In this document: positions 28,046 to 35,826 of the stretch, piece after piece
How positions within the stretch are numbered: the stretch's first letter is position 1
How the letters are laid out: every line of letters starts with the position of its first letter
Virus record (IMG/VR): IMGVR_UViG_3300032218_003147
Location: 1-50,728 of that record
DNA: 50,728 nt
Reading direction: 5' to 3' (one strand)
Source: a virus
Taxonomy: Duplodnaviria > Caudoviricetes
The notes under the pieces: generated by a model
What the model was told of the DNA's origin: nothing
Seen by the model: only the letters and a program-made list of their open reading frames with translations
Databases searched by the model: none
Position numbers and translations under genes: made by a program

Positions 28046-28197
28046 TATCCTACCTCTATTCCTGCATATTGGGCGATAGTATTTAATGTAATATGAATTA
28101 AACAGTCACAATCTCCGCCATTCATATTTTCCATGTATTCAATGTGTTGTTCGTTGTCCATATATATTTCATTTATTAAATCATTTATTAGGTTCAT
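28045..28197 (-). CDS. Small protein (50 aa), leaderless
   Basis: ATG 6 nt after TATAAT. Confidence 0.55.
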   Translation of the reverse strand: MNLINDLINEIYMDNEQHIEYMENMNGGDCDCLIHITLNTIAQYAGIEVG

Positions 28198-28203
28198 GTG
28201 ATT

Positions 28204-28225
28204 ATTATATACTAGACCACTGACA
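28204..28225 (-). promoter_or_regulatory. PafBC/RecA-NDp-type promoter
   Basis: TGTCAG-TGGTCTAGTA-TATAAT. Confidence 0.8.
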
Positions 28226-28365
28226 AATTTAGGTCATATCGTAAAGTCCAGCGATCTCCAGGGATATATCGTAAGTATCGTAAAGGTTATTTTAAGATAG
28301 ATCAAATGTATAATTTATCTGATATATCAGGGGGCCCCCGCAGCTTTGCAATTGCAAAAAAAATA

Positions 28366-28393
28366 TGAACCTTTTATAGTCATGTTCAGGACT
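28366..28393 (-). ncRNA. H-type pseudoknot motif, copy 2
   Basis: AGTC-C-TGAAC-AT-GACT-ataaaag-GTTCA. Confidence 0.65.
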
Positions 28394-28412
28394 TTTACCA
28401 GCGAGGGTAAAT

Positions 28413-28751
28413 CTATTGTGCTTGTGAATATTTTTCTATAAATGCATCAAATGTATAAGGATTTCCGTCTACACTTACAGTAAAATCAGTGAAGTCAATT
28501 TTTGTATGTTCATAACTTTCCTCACCACCATTTTCATCTGCATAAATTCCATAACCAGTTTCTGAGTCATGGTCTGTTTGCAGTGCATTAAATAAAATAC
28601 GAGTTGCATACCCATAGTCTGTCCAACGAGGTTTTGCTTTGACTAAGGCATTTGCTAAGTCAATAAGTTTTTCATCTCCACCCCAATGTGAGTAAAGAGT
28701 TACATAGCAACCTTCGCCTTGCTTGACAACAAAGTTTGTTCTTGAACCCAT
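28413..28751 (-). CDS. Hypothetical phage protein
   Basis: MGSR.NF......LYSHWGG..., RW.D..YATRI. Confidence 0.65.
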   Translation of the reverse strand: MGSRTNFVVKQGEGCYVTLYSHWGGDEKLIDLANALVKAKPRWTDYGYATRILFNALQTDHDSETGYGIYADENGGEESYEHTKIDFTDFTVSVDGNPYTFDAFIEKYSQAQ

Positions 28752-28874
28752 TATATTCCTGCTCCTATTCCTACTGCTATTAAGATTGCCAATACGATTA
28801 TGATAAATAAAGTGTCCATGTTCCTATCCTATCAGAAAGAGGGGGACTTATCAAATCCCCCTCTCTCTATTTAA

Positions 28875-29297
28875 TTAGAGATAACGAGCAACGGCATTAT
28901 ATGTCGAAGTATTAACTGTTTCCTCATCTGTCATTTGCAGAATACGGATAGCGTTTTGGATTTCCTCTTTTTGCTCACGATAAGTGCTTTGGTGCATTGT
29001 TACAAAGTCCTTTTCAGGTTCTGTTGGCAAACCCTCTTTAGATACTGTTATATCAAAGTCAATGTTCAGGGTGTTATTCCATGAACGAAAGTTAGTGCGG
29101 AAGTTTTCTGCCTTCTTGATATTTGCTACTGCAAAATCAGTAAGTTCCTTGACCCACTTCTCATACGCCTTTTTATACTTTACTTCGTTTGCTTCTTGTG
29201 AGGCGTAGTCTTTTTCTAACTTCGCTAGTGCAGTTTCTAGTGCCTTGATTACCTTTGGTGTTGCGATTTTAACTGAGATTGCTTTTCCTCTAGCCAT
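28875..29297 (-). CDS. Hypothetical protein
   Basis: AAAGGA RBS, downstream of a motif promoter. Confidence 0.7.
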   Translation of the reverse strand: MARGKAISVKIATPKVIKALETALAKLEKDYASQEANEVKYKKAYEKWVKELTDFAVANIKKAENFRTNFRSWNNTLNIDFDITVSKEGLPTEPEKDFVTMHQSTYREQKEEIQNAIRILQMTDEETVNTSTYNAVARYL

Positions 29298-29335
29298 TTT
29301 GTTTCCTTTTCTTTAGTTGGGTTGTTATTAGTAGT

Positions 29336-29357
29336 ATTGTATCAGAGGGGTCTGACA
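29336..29357 (-). promoter_or_regulatory. PafBC/RecA-NDp-type promoter
   Basis: TGTCAG-ACCCCTCTGA-TACAAT. Confidence 0.8.
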
Positions 29358-29359
29358 AA

Positions 29360-29587
29360 TTAGGCTTCATGTCGGGGGTGGTCTACCCTGACATTTTTAG
29401 TGATAGATGAGTTAATTATAGTTCCTTGAAAGGCTACGATCATTTTTGCTAATCTCATCTCATCAGTAGAGGTCAGCTCGATTTGCAGATTATCTAGCAC
29501 TTCATATTCCACACCGAATTGCATAGCCTTGCCCAACCCGTACCCCATTTGGGCACGGGACGGGACTTGTAGAGTAACTACTGCCAT
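29360..29587 (-). CDS. Hypothetical protein
   Basis: Coupled ORF. Confidence 0.55.
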   Translation of the reverse strand: MAVVTLQVPSRAQMGYGLGKAMQFGVEYEVLDNLQIELTSTDEMRLAKMIVAFQGTIINSSITKNVRVDHPRHEA

Positions 29588-30237
29588 TAGTAAGCCTCTT
29601 GGACATTAGCAACTTCATAGTGTTCAACTGAAATATCACCATGTTGTGAGTCTGCAAATAGATTATCATTAAGTTCAGACTCGAAATCAAAGTCATCAGT
29701 TAAAGATACTTGCATTGTGCCTGATACATGCAAAGTTGCTTCCCAGTTGATTTCCTTAGTTAATTCAATATCAAGGATTTCAGCAATAGATGTTAAAGTA
29801 TCTTGGTCATCACTATCAGTAAAGTTGTCAATGATAAGAGAACGAACAGAGTCAATCTTATTCTGAAACTGTAAAGCAATTCTAGCATTTTGGCGGGAGT
29901 TGTGAAGTTCATATTCTATATTACGAACCTTATCAGTTATGTATTCAGCATCAGAGAAATCCTTAATTACTTTATATGTAACTAATAAATCTGGATTATA
30001 TTTTTCTGCATCAGATAGAGGCAGGTTGTTCATTGTTGTTTCCATATCTTGTCCTTCTTTCGTTGTTGAGGGTACTATTGTAGCAGGTGCTACTGACAAT
30101 AATGTGCATATAGAGTTACATGGACAAGTTAATTGCATCACACCATTTGGCCAACCATATCCATCTTTATATGTATATTCAATTAGGGCATCACAGTCTC
30201 CTGTGCATACCCATGTACATTTGCTATATTTAGTCAT
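29587..30237 (-). CDS. Cys-rich N-domain plus acidic C-domain; nested second start at 30045
   Basis: Leaderless ATG at 30237; internal promoter and RBS before ATG 30045. Confidence 0.65.
   Translation of the reverse strand: MTKYSKCTWVCTGDCDALIEYTYKDGYGWPNGVMQLTCPCNSICTLLSVAPATIVPSTTKEGQDMETTMNNLPLSDAEKYNPDLLVTYKVIKDFSDAEYITDKVRNIEYELHNSRQNARIALQFQNKIDSVRSLIIDNFTDSDDQDTLTSIAEILDIELTKEINWEATLHVSGTMQVSLTDDFDFESELNDNLFADSQHGDISVEHYEVANVQEAY
30077..30098 (-). promoter_or_regulatory. PafBC/RecA-NDp-type promoter (intragenic)
   Basis: TGTCAG-TAGCACCTGC-TACAAT. Confidence 0.75.
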
Positions 30238-30243
30238 AAGAGT

Positions 30244-30265
30244 ATTATATCGTAAGCCACTGACA
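30244..30265 (-). promoter_or_regulatory. PafBC/RecA-NDp-type promoter
   Basis: TGTCAG-TGGCTTACGA-TATAAT. Confidence 0.8.
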
Positions 30266-30330
30266 AATTCCCCCGCCTGAAAATGCGGGGGCCCCCGCAT
30301 ATTTATGCACCAGCTTGAATATTTATTTTG

Positions 30331-30404
30331 CGATTGCGATGGGACTTGAACCCACGATCTCTACCGTGACAGGGTAGCGAATTAACCAACTATTCTACGC
30401 AACC
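30331..30404 (-). tRNA. tRNA-Asp(GTC)
   Basis: Reverse complement: acceptor GGTTGCG/CGCAATC, CTACC-CTGTCAC-GGTAG, GTGGG-TTCAAGT-CCCAT. Confidence 0.9.
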
Positions 30405-30411
30405 AATAAGG

Positions 30412-30439
30412 TGAGCAGTTTATACACTTACTCAGGTGT
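30412..30439 (-). ncRNA. H-type pseudoknot motif, copy 3
   Basis: ACAC-C-TGAGTA-A-GTGT-ataaac-TGCTCA. Confidence 0.65.
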
Positions 30440-30444
30440 TGCGA

Positions 30445-31473
30445 TTATTTCGCTAGTGCTAAGACTTGCTTAACAATTTTATTTTTCTCAGCAGTTACAA
30501 CAGGGTCGAAACCACTTGCACCTGCCATGAGAGAGTCACCAGTCTTGCGAGCAGTGCGGTAGTAATCAAGGCGTTCAGTAAGTGCATTAACTACACCCCA
30601 TGCAGTACCCTTGATATTAGCATTTGTTGGTGAGTTATGATACAACTCATCAAGGAGAACAACTTTGTTTTCCCATTTCTTAAGAGAACCCTTAGAGTCC
30701 TTCTCAGGCTTTGGATACATAGCGTTAATAATTTGAGAGAACTTTTTGTCATTGACTTCAACGGCAAATAATTCTTGTGCTTGCTTCTCGAACTCATCAG
30801 CATAAGCAAAAGTTAATCCGAGTGCTTGTCGTGCTTGTGCAATTTTGCCATCAACAGTTTGTGTGTGGCGTATCTTGAAAGACTGCTTTGCCTTTTTCAT
30901 AGCAAAATTAAGTGTATTCTGACACATAACACGAACGGGGGTGATAGCAGATTGAACTGCAACAGAACCATCATGGCTAGTCCATACAATTAAGTATAGT
31001 TTAGTTTCATCATTGACACCATTAGGGTCAAGAACAATAGTGCGTGGGATTGACATTGTACCAAATACGATATTGCCACCCTTTAGAGAACCAGCAGACT
31101 CCCAAAATACATCTGAGTTTCCATCATGTAGGTTATCAGCAAAAGAGAATAATTCCTCATTTTGTACTTCTTTGTAACGAGAACCTACAACTGAGAGAAC
31201 ATCAGTTTGTCCAGCAACATATGGGTTATCACGAATAACTAATTGGTTATCCTTGATTGAACTCCAGTTTTCAGGTAAGTGTTCGGCAACAGGTTGTAAG
31301 CGAACATTCCAATTAGATAGTTTAGCACCATCTAACATTTGTGCAGTAGTGACTGCTTCATCTTGATTAAATACTTTATTAGCAAAACTATGCCATGCAG
31401 GTACTTGTCGGAGATTTACAGCAAGCGAAACAGAACCATTTTCTACTTCGGATTTATGAGCATTATTTGTCAT
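30445..31473 (-). CDS. DUF932 / TIGR03299-family phage-plasmid protein
   Basis: PAWH, VG.RY..VQN, ESAGSL.GG, SHDGS, TPVRV.C.NTL, IRHT, GTAWG..NA..E..D. Confidence 0.88.
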   Translation of the reverse strand: MTNNAHKSEVENGSVSLAVNLRQVPAWHSFANKVFNQDEAVTTAQMLDGAKLSNWNVRLQPVAEHLPENWSSIKDNQLVIRDNPYVAGQTDVLSVVGSRYKEVQNEELFSFADNLHDGNSDVFWESAGSLKGGNIVFGTMSIPRTIVLDPNGVNDETKLYLIVWTSHDGSVAVQSAITPVRVMCQNTLNFAMKKAKQSFKIRHTQTVDGKIAQARQALGLTFAYADEFEKQAQELFAVEVNDKKFSQIINAMYPKPEKDSKGSLKKWENKVVLLDELYHNSPTNANIKGTAWGVVNALTERLDYYRTARKTGDSLMAGASGFDPVVTAEKNKIVKQVLALAK

Positions 31474-31504
31474 TTTTACTTCTTTCTATTTGTTTGATTA
31501 TCTG

Positions 31505-31526
31505 AGTATAACATATGGGACTGACA
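31505..31526 (-). promoter_or_regulatory. PafBC/RecA-NDp-type promoter
   Basis: TGTCAG-TCCCATATGT-TATACT. Confidence 0.8.
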
Positions 31527-31593
31527 AATGTCTATCCGTAAAGTCCAGCAACCTTACGTAATATCGTAAATGTCCTTTTTGTCCTACGTAATG

Positions 31594-31654
31594 CCTACGT
31601 AATGATATGTGATAAATATCACAGCGTGGCGACACGCCCGAGTGCGGGGGCCCC
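31594..31654. repeat. 61-bp exact direct repeat, copy 1
   Basis: Identical to 35267-35327. Confidence 0.9.
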
Positions 31655-31770
31655 GAATTTATTAGCTCGATCCACGCATTATATCTATTAAGTATAAAAT
31701 AAAATAAATGAATGAACCAATCATCAATACATTAACTATATGGGCAAACAATTTCATTTTATTATTCTCC

Positions 31771-32493
31771 TTATTTTTTAGTGGCACTAAATCGAATGTC
31801 TGCTTTTCCATATACGCATAATTTACATGATACGCATGCAGAACCATTAGTTGAGATAAGCGGAATCTGTTTATTATTTTCAGGACATTTTGCACCAACC
31901 TTGCCAGTTAATTCTTTCATTTTAGATTCAGTTGCAGCGAATGTTTTTCCCAAATATGCTAATTTAATTCCATGTTCAGTTTTTAATTCTGCGCCAATAG
32001 GTGCGTTATCATCATCAGTAGAATAATAAAGTGAAAGATTAGGGATATTCTTTAAAATAAGTGCAGCAGACTTTACACGTGTATAAACCCAAAATTGTAC
32101 ATTAGGGCGATTAATAATTACATATTGCCATGCACGAGCATAGGTATCGTTAAAGAAATCCCCGTCCCAGTGGATACGGAATAGCATAGGGGCATTTTTC
32201 TTTTCACAATCAACAATGAACTCATCAATCATGTTTTCTAATAAGTCAACCATAGTTGGCTCATCCGCATTTTTTAATAAATCCCAATTGTGTAATAGAT
32301 TAGCCTTTACGCCTTTGAATAATTTTTCAAGTTTTCCCGCATAGCAGACACTTTCGCATATGCTTGTGGCGCCAGGGCATGAGAATTCTTTACCTGCAGG
32401 GAGACCGAAGGTGTTAGCAATTGTGGCAGTCTTGCCATTAGGAGAGACAGCATTAGCAACCTTTCTATCGTTAGAACGTTTTAGTTTAGTCAT
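31771..32493 (-). CDS. GP88-family protein
   Basis: FGLPA...SCPG....C...CYA, FRIHWDGDF, FWVYTR, C..CKLC; start moved to the ATG after GAAAGAAGG. Confidence 0.8.
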   Translation of the reverse strand: MTKLKRSNDRKVANAVSPNGKTATIANTFGLPAGKEFSCPGATSICESVCYAGKLEKLFKGVKANLLHNWDLLKNADEPTMVDLLENMIDEFIVDCEKKNAPMLFRIHWDGDFFNDTYARAWQYVIINRPNVQFWVYTRVKSAALILKNIPNLSLYYSTDDDNAPIGAELKTEHGIKLAYLGKTFAATESKMKELTGKVGAKCPENNKQIPLISTNGSACVSCKLCVYGKADIRFSATKK

Positions 32494-32524
32494 GAGTTGA
32501 CCTTCTTTCATTGGAGAGGAGATA

Positions 32525-32546
32525 AGTATAGCAGGCGGGACTGACA
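32525..32546 (-). promoter_or_regulatory. PafBC/RecA-NDp-type promoter
   Basis: TGTCAG-TCCCGCCTGC-TATACT. Confidence 0.8.
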
Positions 32547-32798
32547 AATTAATTGTAAGACTTAGCGCATATAGTACAGATCGAATAGTTAGTGCAATAG
32601 CAATCGTTAATATCGGCCATTAGAAATAAATCCCTTCAGTAGACATATCTAAATCATTATAGATTTTTTCCTCTTGCCACTCAAAAAAATGAGTAGTGCA
32701 CATAGTAGACGGACGGGAATCAATAGACGATAGACCCATGAGATTAGCATAACAGATATTACATGACATAGTTGCCTCTTTCTTTTGTTGATATGGGA

Positions 32799-32820
32799 AT
32801 TATAGCAGGTTAGACTGACA
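32799..32820 (-). promoter_or_regulatory. PafBC/RecA-NDp-type promoter
   Basis: TGTCAG-TCTAACCTGC-TATAAT. Confidence 0.8.
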
Positions 32821-32905
32821 TACTCAAACGACACGCCGTAATTTTTAGTGTGATGAATATCACAGGCGGGGGCCCCAGCTTGATCTGCAGGGGCCCAAAA
32901 AAATG

Positions 32906-32936
32906 TGAGCCGTTTACGTGGTCAATGCTCAGGACC
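32906..32936 (-). ncRNA. H-type pseudoknot motif, copy 4
   Basis: GGTC-C-TGAGC-ATT-GACC-acgtaaacg-GCTCA. Confidence 0.65.
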
Positions 32937-32970
32937 CTTGCCCTTTATATTTAAACACCGATGGCGGGTG

Positions 32971-33010
32971 TGAGTAGTTTATTTGATTACTTGCTCTTGC
33001 TCAGGAGCAA
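32971..33010 (-). ncRNA. H-type pseudoknot motif, copy 5
   Basis: TTGCTC-C-TGAGCA-A-GAGCAA-...taaac-TACTCA. Confidence 0.6.
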
Positions 33011-33017
33011 TTCTATT

Positions 33018-33200
33018 TTATTCTACGCCGAGATTTTTCATGCACTCTTCCCAAAATCGGTCCGAGTCAAATCGTTCATTATCAGCGAAAAACATTTCAG
33101 AAAAATCATTTACTAAATCCTCATAAACTTCTATGCGGATTTCAGTTGCATAAGAGTTTAAGATTTCAGCGGTGGCTACATAGTCTTTGCGGGTCATCAT
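33018..33200 (-). CDS. Small protein (MMTRKDYV family, paralog A)
   Basis: Paralog of 36270-36443. Confidence 0.7.
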   Translation of the reverse strand: MMTRKDYVATAEILNSYATEIRIEVYEDLVNDFSEMFFADNERFDSDRFWEECMKNLGVE

Positions 33201-33270
33201 TTGCTAATCTCCCATGCTACAAATGCAATAGTTAAAAGCATGAATGCTGGAATAATTAAAAGCATTATCA

Positions 33271-33477
33271 TTAGTGAACGACCTTTAATACTGCATAAGA
33301 ACTTCCTGCGTTAATTTCATCAAGAATTGGTGAAAGACGGGGAGCGATTAAATCTTTAAGCATTCCTTCAAGCATTGTTACCTGAAAGTCATGAGGTAAA
33401 GATAAGAGTTTTTTAGCAACAGGGTGAGTTTCATCAAACTCTGTTACAAACTCTAATTTATGTACAACAGTTTTCAT
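33271..33477 (-). CDS. Hypothetical protein
   Basis: AAAGGA RBS. Confidence 0.6.
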   Translation of the reverse strand: MKTVVHKLEFVTEFDETHPVAKKLLSLPHDFQVTMLEGMLKDLIAPRLSPILDEINAGSSYAVLKVVH

Positions 33478-33506
33478 TTATTTGTCCTTTTCTTTTTGTT
33501 GGTTGG

Positions 33507-33534
33507 TGAGCCTTTTTGTAACTTGCTCAGGTTA
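33507..33534 (-). ncRNA. H-type pseudoknot motif, copy 6
   Basis: TAAC-C-TGAGC-AA-GTTA-caaaaag-GCTCA. Confidence 0.65.
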
Positions 33535-33581
33535 GTTCCCGCCACTTATTTAGAGTCGCTGTACGTTAGCGACTTATTTGA

Positions 33582-33737
33582 TTATAGTTTAACGCTAGTG
33601 TAGCGTTCATCTCCATCTACATCAAGTAGCAGAGTAGTAGTGCGAGCATTAACTGGAATAATCTCCTTGATTGTTCCTGTTACCTTGCTTGATTGAGTGG
33701 TGAATAAATCACCGATTTGATAAGTGTTTGTAGCCAT
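33582..33737 (-). CDS. Small SH3-like beta protein (51 aa, not in ORF track)
   Basis: MATNTYQIGDLFTTQSSKVTGTIKEI...; GAAGGA RBS. Confidence 0.65.
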   Translation of the reverse strand: MATNTYQIGDLFTTQSSKVTGTIKEIIPVNARTTTLLLDVDGDERYTSVKL

Positions 33738-33773
33738 TTTTTTCCTTCTTTCGTTAGGTTGTTTATAGTAGAT

Positions 33774-33795
33774 ATTCTACCATAAGGGTCTGACA
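33774..33795 (-). promoter_or_regulatory. PafBC/RecA-NDp-type promoter
   Basis: TGTCAG-ACCCTTATGG-TAGAAT. Confidence 0.8.
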
Positions 33796-33808
33796 AATAT
33801 TGCCAAAT

Positions 33809-33952
33809 TTAGAGGATTTCGTCTGTGTCGAAATTGGGTATATCTATAAATAAAGACTCATCTTGTTCTTCATCTTCTTCTTCCATTTCCCAAGTTAGAA
33901 AGTCGCTTGGGTGTAACTCTGATTTAATTTCCCATGAGAAAGTGTATGACAT
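33809..33952 (-). CDS. Very acidic micro-protein (47 aa)
   Basis: MSYTFSWE...EMEEEDEEQDE; AGGA RBS. Confidence 0.55.
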   Translation of the reverse strand: MSYTFSWEIKSELHPSDFLTWEMEEEDEEQDESLFIDIPNFDTDEIL

Positions 33953-33983
33953 TTTATTTCCTATTCTTTTTGTTGATAGTAGT

Positions 33984-34005
33984 ATTATAGCATTTTGGTC
34001 TGACA
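33984..34005 (-). promoter_or_regulatory. PafBC/RecA-NDp-type promoter
   Basis: TGTCAG-ACCAAAATGC-TATAAT. Confidence 0.8.
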
Positions 34006-34134
34006 TTTATCAACTTATATCTTAATAATCTCATATAGTAAGACGCTCAACCTATGTGATAAAACTCACACCGATACGCCTTGACACGACACGCCCGAAC
34101 GGGGGCCCTAGCTTGATCTGTGGGCCCCCGATTT

Positions 34135-34248
34135 TCAATCAAATAATTTATTTTTATATTTTTGTTTTCGATTATATTTTTTCTTTGATGGAATTGCAGT
34201 TGCAGCATTACTACGACGCAATTCTTGTATGCGTTTTACTTTTTCCAT
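34135..34248 (-). CDS. Basic micro-protein (37 aa, not in ORF track)
   Basis: MEKVKRIQELRRSNAATAIPSKKKYNRKQKYKNKLFD; GAGGA RBS. Confidence 0.6.
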   Translation of the reverse strand: MEKVKRIQELRRSNAATAIPSKKKYNRKQKYKNKLFD

Positions 34249-34252
34249 TAGT

Positions 34253-34525
34253 TTAATCCTCATCATATTCTATCCAGTTTTCCAAGTGGTGTTGTTCAAT
34301 TATTGCATTAGCGGGAGCAGTTTCTTGTCCCCGCCATGATACGCCTTCAGGCAAATTAATTCTCTTAGAATAATCGCCATCATTATATGCATTAATGGCT
34401 TCAATGCATATTGGTACCATAGAATATGGGACGGGGGGATAGTGATTACTACGCAATTGTATAGTGATACTTTGCTCTAGTGACATATCCATAGTAGATA
34501 AGTCATGCGATAAATTATTTCCCAT
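34253..34525 (-). CDS. Hypothetical phage protein
   Basis: L.SNHYPPVP....C..AI, H.L..W. Confidence 0.7.
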   Translation of the reverse strand: MGNNLSHDLSTMDMSLEQSITIQLRSNHYPPVPYSMVPICIEAINAYNDGDYSKRINLPEGVSWRGQETAPANAIIEQHHLENWIEYDED

Positions 34526-34734
34526 TATTTTTCAACGACCTTTCGTCCTTCACGATAAAATACTTTTGTATAGCATTTTAGCGATGGTGTGTATAAATTA
34601 ACTGTTGAGTATTCATCGGCGAAACCCCAATCTACATATTTTGCAAACTCTTTGTGTGCTTGCAATTCATCTGAGTATTGAAAGACATGATTAGGCGAAG
34701 TCGCCTCATCATAGGTTACTGTTATTTTGTACAT
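34525..34734 (-). CDS. Hypothetical protein
   Basis: Coupled ORF. Confidence 0.6.
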   Translation of the reverse strand: MYKITVTYDEATSPNHVFQYSDELQAHKEFAKYVDWGFADEYSTVNLYTPSLKCYTKVFYREGRKVVEK

Positions 34735-34735
34735 A

Positions 34736-34870
34736 TTAGTTATTCCAATCTAGTGTGATACATTCACACTTATTTACAATTATTGTGTTACCTTGCTTTG
34801 ATACTGTTGCAAGGGTGTCGCATTCATCGCAGATAAATACGCCGTCTAGGTTGTCTAGGATATTTCCCAT
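34736..34870 (-). CDS. Micro zinc-binding protein (44 aa)
   Basis: CDEC...CEC; first gene after the promoter. Confidence 0.55.
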   Translation of the reverse strand: MGNILDNLDGVFICDECDTLATVSKQGNTIIVNKCECITLDWNN

Positions 34871-34905
34871 TTAATTAGTCTCGCTTTCTTTTGTTGAATA
34901 ATGGA

Positions 34906-34927
34906 ATTATAGCAGGTAGCACTGACA
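34906..34927 (-). promoter_or_regulatory. PafBC/RecA-NDp-type promoter
   Basis: TGTCAG-TGCTACCTGC-TATAAT. Confidence 0.8.
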
Positions 34928-34929
34928 AA

Positions 34930-35151
34930 TTAGTTAATGTCTACTAATATTGTTGCCCAAAAATCAGGCTTCAAGAATGACCCACTTGTATATTGTGGGC
35001 GTACTTGTATGGCGTAGGCTTCAAAACCTTCACCATAATATAGACCTTCACGCTTTTCAGCATATTGGATAATTCCGTCAATATGTCTGCCTAGTGAACG
35101 ATAGTATTTTCCCTCTAGTAGGGTTGGGATATCATATTTATATGTAGCCAT
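34930..35151 (-). CDS. Hypothetical protein
   Basis: Start moved to the ATG after GAAAGAGG. Confidence 0.6.
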   Translation of the reverse strand: MATYKYDIPTLLEGKYYRSLGRHIDGIIQYAEKREGLYYGEGFEAYAIQVRPQYTSGSFLKPDFWATILVDIN

Positions 35152-35182
35152 GAGTAAGACCTCTTTCTTTTTGTATATGGAT

Positions 35183-35204
35183 ATTATACCATTTTCCACT
35201 GACA
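35183..35204 (-). promoter_or_regulatory. PafBC/RecA-NDp-type promoter
   Basis: TGTCAG-TGGAAAATGG-TATAAT. Confidence 0.8.
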
Positions 35205-35266
35205 AATTCTTGTTACTTGCTAGTAATGTCACAATGTGAGACGCTCACGTAATGTGATAAATATCA

Positions 35267-35327
35267 CCTACGTAATGATATGTGATAAATATCACAGCGT
35301 GGCGACACGCCCGAGTGCGGGGGCCCC
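35267..35327. repeat. 61-bp exact direct repeat, copy 2
   Basis: Identical to 31594-31654. Confidence 0.9.
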
Positions 35328-35475
35328 AAATTTTTATGCACTTTCATGCATAAAAACCTAGATGATCTCAGCTATTTGAAATCTTTAAAAATCAATTCAA
35401 CAATTTTTAAATCTTCATCTCCTAAATTATCAAGCTCGATTGCTTCTACAAATCCAAAAATATCTTTTTCCATTT

Positions 35476-35670
35476 TTAATTCTCCAAACTTTCTAAATAA
35501 TCAGATTCAAAATCTGCTAAGGCACAACGGTATGCGATTGGGTCACACTCTTTTAAAATCTGTGACGGATAAAAAGTCATGTCTGCAATTTTGAAAGTGC
35601 CCCATGATTCATCTAGTGCTTCATCAAAAATTTGCTTTAATTCTAAAGCCTGTTCAAAATCTAATTCCAT
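35476..35670 (-). CDS. Small acidic protein
   Basis: F...LDE......I....FYPS.ILKECDPIAYR; GGAG RBS. Confidence 0.65.
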   Translation of the reverse strand: MELDFEQALELKQIFDEALDESWGTFKIADMTFYPSQILKECDPIAYRCALADFESDYLESLEN

Positions 35671-35826
35671 TTATTTATTTCTCCATTACTCTAAGAATTG
35701 TGTCAAGGTTTTTTTCTGATAGCAAAACCTGAGATGTACCCCATAGACCTGCTAACCATTGGTCTCCATATTTTTCTTTTGCTAGTTTTGAACACATAGC
35801 AATTTTTTCATTTCTTGTCATTTTCA

